Shown: in pieces, positions 62,175-64,000 of the stretch | How the letters are laid out: every line of letters starts with the position of its first letter | Position numbering within the stretch: position 1 is the stretch's first letter | DNA from: the human T2T-CHM13v2.0 reference genome, Homo sapiens | NCBI RefSeq assembly: GCF_009914755.1 | Contig: NC_060932.1 | Length of the DNA stretch: 64,000 nt | Strand: one strand, 5' to 3' | Notes under the pieces: model-generated | The model's database searches: none | Seen by the model: the letters and a program-made list of their open reading frames with translations, nothing else | Told to the model about the DNA's origin: nothing | Translations under genes and position numbers: made by a program

Positions 62175-64000
62175 TAATTTCAAAATATACTACAATGTTG
62201 TAGTAATCGAAACAGCCTGATGCTGGCATAAAAACAGATATATAGATTGAAGGAACAAAAGAGAGAACCCAGAAATACAACCACACATATGTGATCAATT
62301 AAAGTGTCCCAAGAACACACAATGGGGAAAGGAAAATCACTTCGATAAGTGTTGCTGGGAAAACTGGACATCTTAATGCAGCAGAAGAAAAAAACTTGAT
62401 TCTTGTTTTACCCTATATACAAAAATCAACTCAAAATTGATTAAAGATTTAAACATAAGACCTGAAACTGTAAAACTAGTAGAAAAAAACATAGGGAAAA
62501 AGCTTTTTTTACATTAATCTGGGCAATGCTTTTTTACTATAACCCCAAAAGCAAAGGCAACAAGAGTAAAAGTAGAAAAATAGGATTGCATCAAACTAAG
62601 AAGCTTTTTCACAGCAAGGGAAACAATCATGGAGTGAAGAGTCAACCTATGAAATGGGAGAAAATATTTGCAAACAATACATCTCAAAATGGGTTAATAT
62701 CTAAAATACGTAAGAAACTCAATAGCGAACAGCAAATAATCTGATTAAGAAATGGTTAAAGGGATGTCGAAAGAATTTCTCAAGAGAAGACATACAAAGG
62801 GCCAACAGGTATACGAAAAAAAATTTCAACATCGCTAACTATCAGGAAAATGCAAATCCAAACCGCAATAAGATATTAACTCATACACTATTAGACTGAC
62901 TCATACACATTGGAATGACTTTTTTTCTTTTTTTTTTTAAATTTATTATTATACTTTAAGTTTTAGGGTACATGTGCACAATGTGCAGGTTAGTTACATA
63001 TGTATACATGTGCCATGCTGGTGCGCTGCACCCACTAACTCGTCATCTAGCATTAGGTATATCTGCCAATGCTATCCCTCCCCCAACCCCCGACCGCACA
63101 ACAGTCCCCAGAGTGTGATGTTCCCCTTCCTGTGTCCATGTGTTCTCATTGTTCAATTCCCACCTATGAGTAAGAATATGCGGTGTTTGGTTTTTTGTTC
63201 TTGCGATAGTTTACTGAGAATGATGATTTCCAATTTCATCCATGTCCCTACAAAGGTCATGAACTCATCATTTTTATGGCTGCATAGTATTCCATGGGGT
63301 ATATGTGCCACATTTTCTTAATCCAGTCTATCATTGTTGGACATTTGGCTTGGTTCCAAGTCTTTGCTATTGTGAATAGTGCCGCAATAAACATACGTGT
63401 GCATGTGTCTTTATAGCAGCATGATTTATAGTCCTTTGGGTATATACCCAGTAATGGGATGGCTGGGTCAAATGGTATTTCTAGTTCTAGATCCCTGAGG
63501 AATCACCACACTGACTTCCACAAGGGTTGAACTAGTTTACAGTCCCACCAACAGTGTAAAAGTGTTCCTATTTCTCCACATCCTCTCCAGCACCTGTTGT
63601 TTCCTGACTTTTTAATGTTTGCCATTCTAACTGGTGTGAGATGATATCTCATTATGGTTTTGATTTGCATTTCTCTGATGGCCAGTGATGGTGAGGATTT
63701 TTTCATGTGCTTTTTGGAATGACTATTTTCAAAAAGACAAAAGATAGCAAGTGTCATCAAGTGTGGAAAAAAAACAGTTTTACAGTTGATGTGAATATAA
63801 ATTGGTACAGCCCTGATGGAACAGTATTGAGGTTCCTCAAAAAATTAAATCTGGAACAGCTACATCATCCAGTAATTACACTACTTGTATATTGAAAGGA
63901 AATGAAATCAGTATGTGGAAATATCATCACTCCTCTGTTCATTGCAGCATTATTCACAACATCCAAGATATGAAATCAACCTAAGTTTCCATCAGCGAAT
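62175..64000 (+). mobile_element. Old L1M (L1MA/MB-like) ORF2 3' region, interrupted by a young L1
   Basis: Degenerate ORF2p C-terminal homology at 62175-62909, resuming 63714 to window end. Confidence 0.85.
62921..63713 (-). mobile_element. 5'-truncated young L1 (L1PA2-like)
   Basis: cccactaactcgtcatctagcattagg 3'UTR; TSD ttggaatgact at 62910-62920 and 63714-63724. Confidence 0.96.

Overview
AT-rich primate (human/ape-like) genomic DNA with no intact protein-coding gene; roughly half is interspersed repeat. Firmly recognisable: a PSMC2 processed pseudogene (+, 52611-58088) split by an L1PA and an Alu; a full-length U6 snRNA fused to a 5'-truncated L1 (-, 36663-39720); a twin-primed 5'-inverted L1PA3-like insertion with TSDs (23051-25095); a MER4-group ERV1 provirus with a tRNA-Ile primer-binding site (-, ~11318-18115); a complete THE1 element with TSDs (44326-46739); seven Alus (all minus strand) and many older L1/L2/LTR/DNA-transposon relics. 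The most interesting signal lies in the non-repetitive islands. A colinear series of minus-strand, exon-like segments (from ~44.2 kb to the left edge) translates into fragments resembling RGS domains and the RGS22/RGSL1 N-terminus, with stops and frameshifts. I interpret this as the decayed remnant of a multi-exon, multi-RGS-domain gene. This rests on by-eye comparison with remembered family sequences and needs profile-search confirmation. Repeat subfamily names are likewise by-eye assignments.
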